Assembly: GCA_963756425.1 (NCBI GenBank)
Contig: CAVWNW010000018.1
Coordinates: 23,281-87,280 of the forward strand
Origin: an uncultured bacterium
GTDB taxonomy: Bacteria; Actinomycetota; Acidimicrobiia; Acidimicrobiales; VFJN01
Length of the DNA: 64,000 nt
Direction: 5' to 3'
The notes beneath the pieces are model-generated. The model saw nothing but the letters and a program-made list of their open reading frames with translations, was not told where the DNA came from and made no database searches. The position numbers and the translations under genes are program-made. Each line of letters opens with the position of its first letter. The stretch's first letter is position 1. Shown in pieces: positions 48,811-57,887 of the stretch.

Positions 48811-50214
48811 GTGACCGTGGACGCGCCGGAATCCGCACAGGGCCCCGTCGACCTGCTGGTGGCCGGAGCCGACCTCGTCGTCACGATGGACGACGACCGG
48901 CGCGAGCTGCCGGGTGGCTGGGTGGCATGCCACGGCGGGTCGGTCGTGGCGGTGGGCAGCGGGTCGGAACCTGCCCCCGACGCATCCCGGCTGCTGCGGG
49001 CCGACGGCTGCCTGATCACGCCCGGCCTCGTCAACACGCATCACCACATCTACCAGAACCTCACCCGCGCCCACCTGCCCGCCACCAGCAGCTCCCTGTT
49101 CGACTGGCTCACGGCGCTCTACCCGCGCTGGGCGCGGCTCGACGAGGAGGGGGCATATGTGTCGGCGTGGGTGGGACTGGCCGAGCTGGCGATCGGCGGC
49201 TGCACCACGTCGACCGATCACCTCTACGTGCACCCGGCCGGGGCTGGCGACCTGCTCAGCGCGGAGATAGCGGCGGCGCGAGACGTCGGGATGCGCTTCC
49301 ACCCCACCCGCGGATCGATGTCGCTGTCACAGAAGGACGGCGGACTGCCGCCGGATTCGGTGGTGCAGGACGACGACGCGATCCTGGCCGAGTCCGAGGC
49401 CGCGGTCGCTGCGCATCACGACCCGACGCCGGGCGCGATGGTGCGCATCGCGCTGGCGCCGTGCTCGCCGTTCTCGGTGACCACCGACCTGATGCGCCGC
49501 ACCGCCGAGCTGGCGGAGCGCCTCGACGTGCGGCTGCACACGCACCTGGCCGAGGACCCCGACGAGGACGCCTTCTGCCTCGAGACCCACGGCTGCCGGC
49601 CCATCGAGCTGTTCGAGGACGTCGGCTGGGGCTCGGCGCGCTCGTGGGTGGCCCACTGCATCTACCCCAACGAGGCCGAGATCGCCCGCATGGGCGGGTG
49701 GGGCACCGGGGTCGCACATTGTCCCACCTCCAACATGATGATCGGCGGCGGCGGCATCGCCCCGGTGACCGACTTCCGCGCCGCCGGGGTCCCGGTGGGA
49801 CTGGGTTGCGACGGATCGGCGTCCACGGACTCCGCCTCCCTGTGGCTGGAGGCCAGGGGTGCCCTGCTGCTCGGGCGCCAGCGAGGTGGGCCCACGGCGT
49901 TCACGGCCCGGGATGCGCTCGAGGTCGCCACCCGCGGCTCGGCGGCATGCCTGGGCAGGCTGGGCGAGATCGGGGTGCTGGCTCCGGGGGCGTGCGCCGA
50001 CCTGGTGGCGTGGAGGCTGGACGGGCTGACGTTCGCCGGCGCCCTCACCGACCCGGTGGAGGCGCTGCTGCGGTGTGGACCGACGCAGGCGCACCACACG
50101 GTGGTTGCCGGGCGTCCGATCGTGGAGGACGGCGAGCTCCGGGTCGAAGGTGTGGACGGGATGCTCACCCGCCACCGGGCGGCCGCCGCCCGCCTGCAGG
50201 ACGTCGAAGGCTGA
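48811..50214 (+). CDS. Amidohydrolase-superfamily enzyme, 8-oxoguanine deaminase/AtzB-like
   Basis: ITPGLVNTHHHIYQNLTRA...LFDWLTALYPRW, HTHLAEDPDE and GCDGSASTDS. I recall this N-terminal signature from the 8-oxoguanine deaminase group. GTG 48811 chosen; ATG 48763 is possible. Confidence 0.8.
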   Translation: MTVDAPESAQGPVDLLVAGADLVVTMDDDRRELPGGWVACHGGSVVAVGSGSEPAPDASRLLRADGCLITPGLVNTHHHIYQNLTRAHLPATSSSLFDWLTALYPRWARLDEEGAYVSAWVGLAELAIGGCTTSTDHLYVHPAGAGDLLSAEIAAARDVGMRFHPTRGSMSLSQKDGGLPPDSVVQDDDAILAESEAAVAAHHDPTPGAMVRIALAPCSPFSVTTDLMRRTAELAERLDVRLHTHLAEDPDEDAFCLETHGCRPIELFEDVGWGSARSWVAHCIYPNEAEIARMGGWGTGVAHCPTSNMMIGGGGIAPVTDFRAAGVPVGLGCDGSASTDSASLWLEARGALLLGRQRGGPTAFTARDALEVATRGSAACLGRLGEIGVLAPGACADLVAWRLDGLTFAGALTDPVEALLRCGPTQAHHTVVAGRPIVEDGELRVEGVDGMLTRHRAAAARLQDVEG

Positions 50215-50240
50215 GAGGCCCCGCCCCGAGTGCCCTACGG

Positions 50241-50410
50241 CCTCGGGGACCCCGAGGATCCCGAGGTCATAGGTTCCGGCCATCAGCGCCCGAGGTCATA
50301 GGTTCCGGAGCCGGAACCCATGACCTCGCCCTCCCGGTCACGGAACCCATGACCTCGGGTAGGTGGGGCGATCGGAACACGGGGGCGATCGGAAGGCGGG
50401 GCGATCGGGG
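50241..50410. repeat. Nested direct/inverted repeat cluster between convergent genes
   Basis: CCCGAGGTCATAGGTTCCGG occurs at 50260 and 50289. Inverted copies CCGGAACCCATGACCTCG occur at 50311 and 50341. Three copies of GGGGCGATCGG follow at about 50365, 50382 and 50398. Confidence 0.85.
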
Positions 50411-50416
50411 TTGCGC

Positions 50417-51853
50417 TCAAGTGCGCTCCACGTAGCGGCCCCAGCCGGGCTCACCCTCGAACCGCCCGTCGCGTGCCACCACCCGACCACGTGACAGCAC
50501 CAGCTCCGGCCAACCCCGGACCACGCGGCCCTCGTAGGGCGAGTGGTCGGTGCGCATGTGCAGTGCAGAGGCGTCGAGCGCCTGTGGCCGCTCGGGGTCC
50601 CACACCACGACGTCAGCGTCGCTGCCCGCACGTAGGCAGCCCTTGCGGGGAAACAGCCCGAACGTGCGGGCGGGCGCCTCGGCGCAGAGCCGCACCCAGT
50701 CGGCGGCGCCGATCCGTCCCGCCCGCACGCCCTGCCACACCAGGGTCATGCGGGTCTCGATGCCGGGCAGCCCGCCGGGGATCTCGGTGAAGTCGGCGAA
50801 GCCGTCGTCGCGGCCCGCCGTCCCGCGGTGCCGGTCGGCCTGCCAGAACGGGCAGTGGTCGGTGGCGACGGTCTGGACCCACCCCCGGGCGAGCCCCTCC
50901 CAGAGCTCCTCACGGTGCCAGGGGTCGCGCAGCGGCGGCGTGCAGACGAAGTTCTCGCCCGCGGGACCATCCAGGACGGCCGCGTCGAGGTGCAGGTACT
51001 GCGGGCAGGTCTCGGCCTCCAGCGCGACGCCCCGTTCCTGGGCGGCCCGCACCTCGGCCAGGCCCGGTGCCGACGAGAGGTGCACGACGTACACGCGGGC
51101 GCCGGCGGCCTCGGCCAGCCGCCCCACCCGGTGCACGGCCTCGGCCTCCAGAACCGCAGGCCGGGTGGCAGCGTGCTCGACGACGCCGGTTCGGCCCTCG
51201 GCCAGCGCCCGACGCCGCAGCGCCTCGATGGCGCCCCCGTTCTCGCAGTGCACCGTGACCAGCCCGCCGTGGCGGGTGGCGGCCCGGAGCACGTCGAACA
51301 CGACGTCGTCGTCGACCTGCAGCAGCCGGGGATAGGCCAGGTAGAGCTTGAAGCTGGTGACGCCCCGCTCGACGCAGTCGGCGACCACGCCTTCGCCCAC
51401 CGCCTCGGTGAACGTCATGTGCAGCCCGTAGTCGACGGCGGCGGGCTCGGCGAGCGCCCGCCAGGTGGCGAGCGCGGCGAGCGGATCCTCGCCCCGGTAG
51501 GCGGTGACGTAGTCGATGACCGTGGTGGTGCCCCCGATCGCGGCTGCCACCGTGCCGCTGGCGAAGTCGTCGGACACGCGCACCGCCCCGACCGGCAAGT
51601 GCAGGTGGGTGTGCGCATCGATGCCGCCCGGCACCACCAGCCGTCCGGAGACGTCGACGACCGCGGTGGCGGGGTCCAACCCGGGCGCCGACGAGAGGTC
51701 GGGGCCCACGGCGGCGATGCGGCCGTCGGTGCCGACGAGCACATCGGCGGGCCGCTCACCGTCGAGGTCGACGACCGTCCCACCGCGCAGCAGCACGCGT
51801 CCCAGCCAAGCAGACGGAGAACCGGCCGGCCCCAACCGACCGGGTGACCCCAT
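50417..51853 (-). CDS. D-hydantoinase / dihydropyrimidinase
   Basis: Cyclic amidohydrolase pattern (VVPGGIDAHTHLHLP...GGTTTVIDY...SFKLYLAY...VHCENG...HLSS...TDHCPF). Confidence 0.9.
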   Translation of the reverse strand: MGSPGRLGPAGSPSAWLGRVLLRGGTVVDLDGERPADVLVGTDGRIAAVGPDLSSAPGLDPATAVVDVSGRLVVPGGIDAHTHLHLPVGAVRVSDDFASGTVAAAIGGTTTVIDYVTAYRGEDPLAALATWRALAEPAAVDYGLHMTFTEAVGEGVVADCVERGVTSFKLYLAYPRLLQVDDDVVFDVLRAATRHGGLVTVHCENGGAIEALRRRALAEGRTGVVEHAATRPAVLEAEAVHRVGRLAEAAGARVYVVHLSSAPGLAEVRAAQERGVALEAETCPQYLHLDAAVLDGPAGENFVCTPPLRDPWHREELWEGLARGWVQTVATDHCPFWQADRHRGTAGRDDGFADFTEIPGGLPGIETRMTLVWQGVRAGRIGAADWVRLCAEAPARTFGLFPRKGCLRAGSDADVVVWDPERPQALDASALHMRTDHSPYEGRVVRGWPELVLSRGRVVARDGRFEGEPGWGRYVERT

Positions 51854-51879
51854 GGGCGCGGCTGGCTAACATCTCAGCC

Positions 51880-51896
51880 TTCAACATTTCGTTGAA
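51880..51896. promoter_or_regulatory. AT-rich palindrome TTCAAC-ATTTC-GTTGAA, 20 nt upstream of the Mo-hydroxylase operon start and inside the divergent hydantoinase promoter region
   Basis: Perfect 6-5-6 inverted repeat. A near-identical copy at 62141-62157 has the same 19-nt spacing to a GTG start. Confidence 0.65.
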
Positions 51897-51915
51897 ACCG
51901 GCCAGAATCGCCGTC

Positions 51916-52776
51916 GTGACCGTCCTCGCCCCCACCCGACTCGACGATGCCGTGGCCGCACTGGCCGCCGATCCGTCGCTCACGGTGCTCGCGGGGGGCA
52001 CCGACCTCATGGTCGCCGTGAACTACGGCCAGTACCGCCCCACCGGGGTGCTCAGCCTGCGACGCGTGCCCGAGCTGCACGACTGGCACGTCGAGGGAGA
52101 GGGTTCCGCAGCTCAGGTCGTCCTCGGCGCCGCCACCAGCTACACGACCCTGCTGGACCCGCCGCTCGCCGCCCTGCTGCCCGCGCTGGCCCAGGCATCG
52201 CGGACGGTCGGCAGCCCCCAGATCCGCAACACCGGCACCGTCGGAGGCAACCTCGGCACGGCGTCGCCGGCGGGCGACACGCTCCCGGTGCTGGTGGCGC
52301 TGGACGCCACCGTCGAGCTCGCGTCTGCCTCCGGGCGCCGGAGCATGCCGGTGTCCGAGTTCGTCACCGGGCCCAAGCGGACGGCGCTCGCGCCGGGGGA
52401 GCTGGTGACGGCGGTGCGGGTGCCGGCGGCGCACGGACCCCAGGAGTTCCTCAAGATCGGCGTGCGCAACGCCATGGTCATCGCCGTGGCCAACTGCGCG
52501 CTCGTCCTCGACCTCGGCCGCCGGCGCCTCGCGTGCGCGCTGGGGTCGGTGGGGCCGGTCCCCATCCGCGACCGCGACGCCGAACGATGGGCCGAGGCCC
52601 GCCTCGACTGGGACGGCCGCCCGGCGCTGGACCAGGCACTGGTCGACGACTTCGGGCGCCGGATGGCCGCCGCCAGCCGGCCCATCGACGACCACCGGGC
52701 CACGGCCGCATACCGGCGCCACGCCGTCGAGGTGCTGGCCCGTCGCGCGCTGGGACGGGCCTGGGCGGCGACGTGA
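51916..52776 (+). CDS. Molybdenum hydroxylase FAD-binding subunit (CoxM/XdhB-like)
   Basis: FAD_binding_5 pattern (LAGGTDLMVAVNYG...GSPQIRNTGTVGGNLGTASPAGD). GTG 51916 chosen; the ORF-track start is 51844. Confidence 0.88.
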   Translation: MTVLAPTRLDDAVAALAADPSLTVLAGGTDLMVAVNYGQYRPTGVLSLRRVPELHDWHVEGEGSAAQVVLGAATSYTTLLDPPLAALLPALAQASRTVGSPQIRNTGTVGGNLGTASPAGDTLPVLVALDATVELASASGRRSMPVSEFVTGPKRTALAPGELVTAVRVPAAHGPQEFLKIGVRNAMVIAVANCALVLDLGRRRLACALGSVGPVPIRDRDAERWAEARLDWDGRPALDQALVDDFGRRMAAASRPIDDHRATAAYRRHAVEVLARRALGRAWAAT

Positions 52777-53330
52777 CCGGCACGACGCCCACGTCTGCGG
52801 CGGCACCCGATGCCGACGCCGACGCCGCCTACCAGCTGACGGTGAACGGCGCCGCCCACACCGTCGAGGGAGCCCGGCCCACCGACAGCCTGTTGCACGT
52901 GCTGCGCGACCGGCTCGGGCTGCCCGGCGCCAAGAACGCCTGCGAGCAGGGTGAGTGCGGCTCGTGCTCGGTACTGGTCGACGGGGTGCTCGTGTGCGCG
53001 TGCCTCGAGCTGGCCGAGGCGGCGGTCGGCTGCGAGATCACCACCGTCGAGGGGCTTACGCCGATGGGCGCCGAGCCCGGCGACGCCGCACTCACCGACG
53101 CTGTCCTCACCGATGTCCAGCAGGCGATGATCGAGGCGGGCGGCGTCCAGTGCGGCTTCTGCACGCCCGGTTTCATCGTCGCCATCCACGACCTGCTGGA
53201 CCGGGTGCCCGAGCCTGGGCCGCTCGAGGTCCGCGAGGCGTTGGCCGGCAACCTCTGCCGCTGCACCGGCTACGGGCGCATCCTCGCCGCCATCGAGCGG
53301 GTGGTGGCGGTGCGGGGGAACGGGCGATGA
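52773..53330 (+). CDS. Molybdenum hydroxylase [2Fe-2S] small subunit
   Basis: CEQGECGSCSV and QCGFCTPG...CRCTGY cluster motifs. GTG 52773 overlaps the upstream stop (GTGA). Confidence 0.9.
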   Translation: MTGTTPTSAAAPDADADAAYQLTVNGAAHTVEGARPTDSLLHVLRDRLGLPGAKNACEQGECGSCSVLVDGVLVCACLELAEAAVGCEITTVEGLTPMGAEPGDAALTDAVLTDVQQAMIEAGGVQCGFCTPGFIVAIHDLLDRVPEPGPLEVREALAGNLCRCTGYGRILAAIERVVAVRGNGR

Positions 53331-55645
53331 CGCCGCCCCTCGCGTCGACGGGCGTCGAGGCACCCCCGGCCAGGGGTCGGGTCGCGTCGGGTGCCGGGAT
53401 CGGCGACAGCCCGGTACGACCCGACGGCACGCCCAAGGTCCAGGGCGGGTTCGCCTTCGCCTCCGACCTGGAGGCGGATGGCATGCTCTGGGGCCGCACG
53501 CTGCGTTCCCCCCACGCTCACGCCCGCGTCCGCTCGGTCGAGATCGGCCCGGCGCTGGCCATACCTGGCGTGTCGTGCGTGCTCAGCGCCGACGACGTCC
53601 CCGGCACCGCCACGTACGGCCTGATCTCCCCAGACCAGCCCGTGTTCGCCCGCGACGTGGTCCGGTACGTGGGCGAATCGGTGGCGGCGGTGGCGGCCGA
53701 TCACCCGGACACCGCCCGACGGGCGCTGGCGGCCATTGCCGTCGACTACGAGCCGCTCGATCCCCTCGTCGACCCGGCCCGGGCGGCCTCGGCGAAGACA
53801 CCGCCCATCCACCCCGACGGCAACGTGATCCGCCACATCCGCGTCGAGCACGGTGACGTGGCTGCCACCGGCGAGGTGGTCGTCGAGGGCGTCTACGAGG
53901 TCGGCATGCAGGACCAGGCGTTCCTCGGTCCCGAGTCGGGACTGGCCATTCCCGACGGCGACGGCGGGGTCGACTTGTGGGTCGCAACCCAGTCGCTCCA
54001 CGAGGACCGCGACCAGCTCGCCGCCTGCCTCGGGCTCCCCCACGAGCAGGTGCGCCTGCACCTCGGCGGGGTGGGGGGCGCGTTCGGCGGGCGTGAGGAC
54101 CTGAGCATCCACGTGCACGCCTGCCTGCTGGCGCTGCGCACCGGGCGCCCGGTGAAGATGAGCTACCTGCGGGACGAGTCGTTCGTCGGTCACGTGCACC
54201 GCCACCCGGCTCGGATGCGCTACCGGCACCACGCCACGACCGCCGGCGACCTCGTCAAGGTGGAGGCCGAGGTGCTGCTCGACGGGGGCGCCTACGCATC
54301 GTCGTCGTGGGCGGTCGTCAGCAACGCCGCCCGCTTCGCCTGCGGGCCCTACCGCGTGCCCAACGCATTGGTCGACGCCACCGTGGTCCGCACCAACAAC
54401 CCGCCGTGCGGTGCCATGCGTGGCTTCGGTGCCGTCCAGGTGTGCTTCGGCCACGAATCGCAGATGGACAAGCTGGCGGCCCGGCTCGGCATGGACCCCG
54501 TCGAGCTGCGCTTGCGCAACGCCCTCGAAACGGGCGACGTGCTCCCGACCGGGCAGCGGCTGACCGGTGCGGTGCCGGTCGCCGAGTGCATCCGGGCGGC
54601 CGTCGACCACCCGCTGCCGCCGCCGGTCGGCGACGGCTGGCTGGAACGTCCCGGCGGCGCCGGGCGGACCGCCGAACCGTCGCGGGTCCGTCGGGGCCTG
54701 GGCGTGGCCGCGGGCTTCAAGAACCTCATGTACTCCGAGGGTGCCGAGGACGACTCCGAGGCCCGCGTCCGGCTGTCCGGGGGCGTCGCGTCGATCACGT
54801 GCGCGGTGGCGGAGGTGGGCCAGGGATTCGTGACCATCGCCTCGCAGATCGCCCGCACTGTCCTGGGCTGCGATGCCGTCGTCGAGCCGGCCGGCACCGT
54901 GGGCATCGACTCGGCGGGCTCGTCGTCGGCATCGCGCCAGACGTGGATGTCGGGCGGCGCAGTGCTCGAGGCGGCCCGACAGGTGGCGGCCCAGGTTCGT
55001 GATGCCGTGGCGGAAGGCCTCGGTGTTGCGCCGGGGTCGCTCGCACTGACCGAGGGTGGGCGGATCGTCGCGGCAGCCGGCGGCGGGGTGGCCGGGGCCG
55101 TCGGGGCACTCGACATGACGGTGGCCGACGCGGCCGGCGACGGAATCTTCGAGGCGACGGCTGTACAGCGGCACCGGCGCACGTACCAGCTCGACGAACG
55201 GGGGCAGGGCGACGCCGACGTGAGCTTCGTCTTCGCTGCCCACCGGGCCGTGGTAGACGTCGACACCGACCTCGGCTTGGTGCGGGTCGTCCAGGTCACC
55301 ACGGGTCAGGACGTGGGGCGGATCCTGCACCCGACGCAGGTGATCGGCCAGATCGAGGGCGGGATCGCCCAAGGCGTGGGCCTGGCCGTGATGGAGGAGA
55401 TCGTCGTCGAGGACGGCGTGGTGCGGAACCCGAGCTTCACCGACTACCTCATCCCCACCGTGGCCGACACCCCCGAGGTCCTGGCCACCTGCATCGAGGA
55501 GCCCGAGCCCGAGGCGCCCTTAGGGGCCAAGGGCGCCGGCGAGCCGCCCACGATCTCGTCCACGGCGGCGGTGGCGGCCGCCATCCGGTCGGCGACCGGC
55601 GTGGACGTGACGCGGGTTCCCGTGCGCCCGTGGGACCTGGTCTGA
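53327..55645 (+). CDS. Molybdenum hydroxylase large (molybdopterin-binding) subunit, xanthine dehydrogenase family
   Basis: a/b-hammerhead N-terminus, GGVGGAFGGRED, GAMRGFG, and the catalytic Glu context AKGAGEPP. ATG 53327 overlaps the upstream stop (ATGA). Confidence 0.9.
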   Translation: MTPPLASTGVEAPPARGRVASGAGIGDSPVRPDGTPKVQGGFAFASDLEADGMLWGRTLRSPHAHARVRSVEIGPALAIPGVSCVLSADDVPGTATYGLISPDQPVFARDVVRYVGESVAAVAADHPDTARRALAAIAVDYEPLDPLVDPARAASAKTPPIHPDGNVIRHIRVEHGDVAATGEVVVEGVYEVGMQDQAFLGPESGLAIPDGDGGVDLWVATQSLHEDRDQLAACLGLPHEQVRLHLGGVGGAFGGREDLSIHVHACLLALRTGRPVKMSYLRDESFVGHVHRHPARMRYRHHATTAGDLVKVEAEVLLDGGAYASSSWAVVSNAARFACGPYRVPNALVDATVVRTNNPPCGAMRGFGAVQVCFGHESQMDKLAARLGMDPVELRLRNALETGDVLPTGQRLTGAVPVAECIRAAVDHPLPPPVGDGWLERPGGAGRTAEPSRVRRGLGVAAGFKNLMYSEGAEDDSEARVRLSGGVASITCAVAEVGQGFVTIASQIARTVLGCDAVVEPAGTVGIDSAGSSSASRQTWMSGGAVLEAARQVAAQVRDAVAEGLGVAPGSLALTEGGRIVAAAGGGVAGAVGALDMTVADAAGDGIFEATAVQRHRRTYQLDERGQGDADVSFVFAAHRAVVDVDTDLGLVRVVQVTTGQDVGRILHPTQVIGQIEGGIAQGVGLAVMEEIVVEDGVVRNPSFTDYLIPTVADTPEVLATCIEEPEPEAPLGAKGAGEPPTISSTAAVAAAIRSATGVDVTRVPVRPWDLV

Positions 55646-56523
55646 CGGAGCGGCTCCCCGTCCGTCCCCCGCTCGCGTGGGACACCATGCTCCGCTACCT
55701 CGCCCTGCGGGCCACTCCCGGGATCGAGGTCGTGGCCGGGGGCGTCTACCGGCGCACGGTCGTGGTCGATGGCGGCCCCGGCATGATCGAGGTGGCCAGG
55801 GGTGGCGACGACCACCTGCTGCTGCGGGCGTGGCTGCCCGACCGGGACCGGCTCGCCGAGGTCGCCCGGCGGGTCCGCGGCGTCTTCGGGCTCGACACCG
55901 ATCTCGAAGCCGCCGGCGCGGCCCTCGCCGGCGACCCGGTCATCGGTCCGCTGCTGGCGGCCAGGCCGGGCCTGCGGGTGCCCGGTACCTGGGACCCGTA
56001 CGAGATCGGCGTGCGCGCCATCGTCGGCCAGCAGGTCACGGTGGCCGGGGCGAGCACGCTCGCCGGCCGGCTCGTCGAGCGGCACGGGAAGCGGCTGCCG
56101 GCCCCGGCGGCGCCGGGATTGACCCACACCTTCCCGCCGCCGGCGACGCTCGCGGAGCGCGATCTCGACGGCATCGGCCTGACCCGCACCCGGGCGCGGG
56201 CCGTGGGCGCGTTCGCGGCCGCGGTGGCTGCGGACCGGGTGCGGCTCGACGCGAGCGTTCCGCTCGACCAGCTCGTCGGCTCCATCGAGGGCGTTCCCGG
56301 CGTCGGTCCGTGGACCGCCCAGTACGTCGCGCTGCGCATGGGACAGCCCGACGCGCTGCCGGCCTCCGACCTCGGCCTGCGCCGCGCGTTGGCCGATCCG
56401 GCCGCCGGCTCGGCGCTCCCCTCCGCCGCCGAGGTCTCCGTGCGGGCCTGCGCCTGGCGACCCTGGCGGGCGCTGGCGGCCGTCCACCTGTGGACCAGCG
56501 GCCACGGCGCCGCCGCTGCGTGA
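55630..56523 (+). CDS. alkA: DNA-3-methyladenine glycosylase II (AlkA-like, HhH-GPD)
   Basis: AlkA N-domain followed by HhH-GPD (GVRAIVGQQVTVAGASTLAGRLV...IEGVPGVGPWTAQYVALRMG.PDALPASDLGLRRAL). GTG start overlaps the end of the Mo subunit by 16 nt. Confidence 0.85.
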   Translation: MGPGLTERLPVRPPLAWDTMLRYLALRATPGIEVVAGGVYRRTVVVDGGPGMIEVARGGDDHLLLRAWLPDRDRLAEVARRVRGVFGLDTDLEAAGAALAGDPVIGPLLAARPGLRVPGTWDPYEIGVRAIVGQQVTVAGASTLAGRLVERHGKRLPAPAAPGLTHTFPPPATLAERDLDGIGLTRTRARAVGAFAAAVAADRVRLDASVPLDQLVGSIEGVPGVGPWTAQYVALRMGQPDALPASDLGLRRALADPAAGSALPSAAEVSVRACAWRPWRALAAVHLWTSGHGAAAA

Positions 56524-56560
56524 GCTGTTCAACCCGCGGCCCAACGGCCACGATGGCCGG

Positions 56561-57802
56561 GTGAAGATCCAGCCCGACCGCCTGCTGGCGGACATCGAGG
56601 CCTTGGCGGCGATCGGCGACACCGGCGACGGCGGGAACTGCCGCCTGGCGCTCACCGACGAGGACGCCGGCGGCCGCGAGCTCGTGGTCGGGTGGATGCG
56701 CGCCCTGGGCCTCGACGTCCGGGTGGACCGGATCGGCAACGTGGTCGCCACCCGGGCCGGTGTGGGCGGGGACGGCGCCGGCGACGGCGCGGCCGTCATG
56801 ACCGGGAGCCACATCGACACCGTCGGCACCGGCGGGCGCTACGACGGCACCCTCGGAGTGCTGGCCGGGCTCGAGGTCGTGCGGGCGCTCGACGACGCCG
56901 GCGTCCGCACCCGGAGGCCGGTGGCGGTGGCCTTCTTCACCGACGAGGAGGGCAGCCGGTTCCCGCCCGACATGCTCGGAAGCCTCGTCTATGCCGGGGG
57001 CATGCCGCTGGAGGACGCCCTCGACGTCATCGCCATCGACGGCGCCGCCCTCGGCGACGAGCTCGAGCGCATCGGCTGGGCGGGCGACGCCGCCGTGCCC
57101 GGTCCGGCGCCGCATGCCTACGTCGAGCTGCACATCGAGCAGGGGCCGGTGCTCGAGGAGGCCGGCGTCGCGATCGGCGCGGTCACCGGGGTCCAAGGCA
57201 TCTCATGGCAGGAGCTGACGCTCACCGGGCAGTCGAACCACGCCGGCACCACGCCCATGCGACTGCGGCGCGACCCCACGTACGTCGCCGCCGAGACGAT
57301 CGGGTTCGTGCGCCGGCTGGCCACCCAGCTCGGCGGCCACCAGGTGGGCACGGTCGGCCGCGTCGACCTCCACCCCGACCTGGTGAATGTTGTGGCCGCT
57401 CGGGCGACGCTGACGGTCGACCTCCGCAACACCGACGAGGCGGTGCTGGCACGCGCCGAGCGCCGGCTGCGTGAGCACGTGGCGGCGGTCGCGTCCGCCG
57501 AGGGCTGCGAGCCGGCGTGGCGAGGGCTGGCCCGCTTCGAGCCCGTCGCCTTCGATCCGGCGGTGATCGACCTGGTGCAGGCCACAGCCGAGCGGCTGGG
57601 CCACTCCGTCATGCGGCTGCCCTCGGGCGCCGGCCACGACGCCCAGATGCTCGCCCGGGTGTGCCCGACGGGCATGGTGTTCGTCCCCAGCCGCGGCGGC
57701 GTGAGCCACAACCCGGCGGAGTTCACCGAGCCCGAGCACCTCGCGGCGGGCGCGCAGGTGCTCGCCGAGGTCGTCACCGAGCTCGCGGGAATCGCAGAGT
57801 GA
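56561..57802 (+). CDS. M20-family amidohydrolase, AmaB/AllC type (N-carbamoyl-L-amino acid hydrolase / allantoate amidohydrolase family)
   Basis: L.ADIEALAAIG....GG..RLALTDEDAGGRELVVGWMRALGLDVRVDRIGNV, GSHIDTV, and a C-terminal SGAGHDAQ...VPSRGGVSHNP.E. Confidence 0.88.
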   Translation: MKIQPDRLLADIEALAAIGDTGDGGNCRLALTDEDAGGRELVVGWMRALGLDVRVDRIGNVVATRAGVGGDGAGDGAAVMTGSHIDTVGTGGRYDGTLGVLAGLEVVRALDDAGVRTRRPVAVAFFTDEEGSRFPPDMLGSLVYAGGMPLEDALDVIAIDGAALGDELERIGWAGDAAVPGPAPHAYVELHIEQGPVLEEAGVAIGAVTGVQGISWQELTLTGQSNHAGTTPMRLRRDPTYVAAETIGFVRRLATQLGGHQVGTVGRVDLHPDLVNVVAARATLTVDLRNTDEAVLARAERRLREHVAAVASAEGCEPAWRGLARFEPVAFDPAVIDLVQATAERLGHSVMRLPSGAGHDAQMLARVCPTGMVFVPSRGGVSHNPAEFTEPEHLAAGAQVLAEVVTELAGIAE

Positions 57803-57887
57803 GCGCAGCGACGCCGCCGACCCGAGGTAATGGCGACCGCTCGAAACCCGGACCGTGTTGCCTCGCCGCTCGCCCGGGGATTACGGC

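Noticed and set aside
50260-50410. Possible CRISPR array or tandem-repeat protein in the deaminase/hydantoinase intergenic region
   Set aside because: The repeats occur in both orientations and are nested. Spacers are 2-12 nt and the units are only 11-20 nt. The architecture is that of stacked palindromes.
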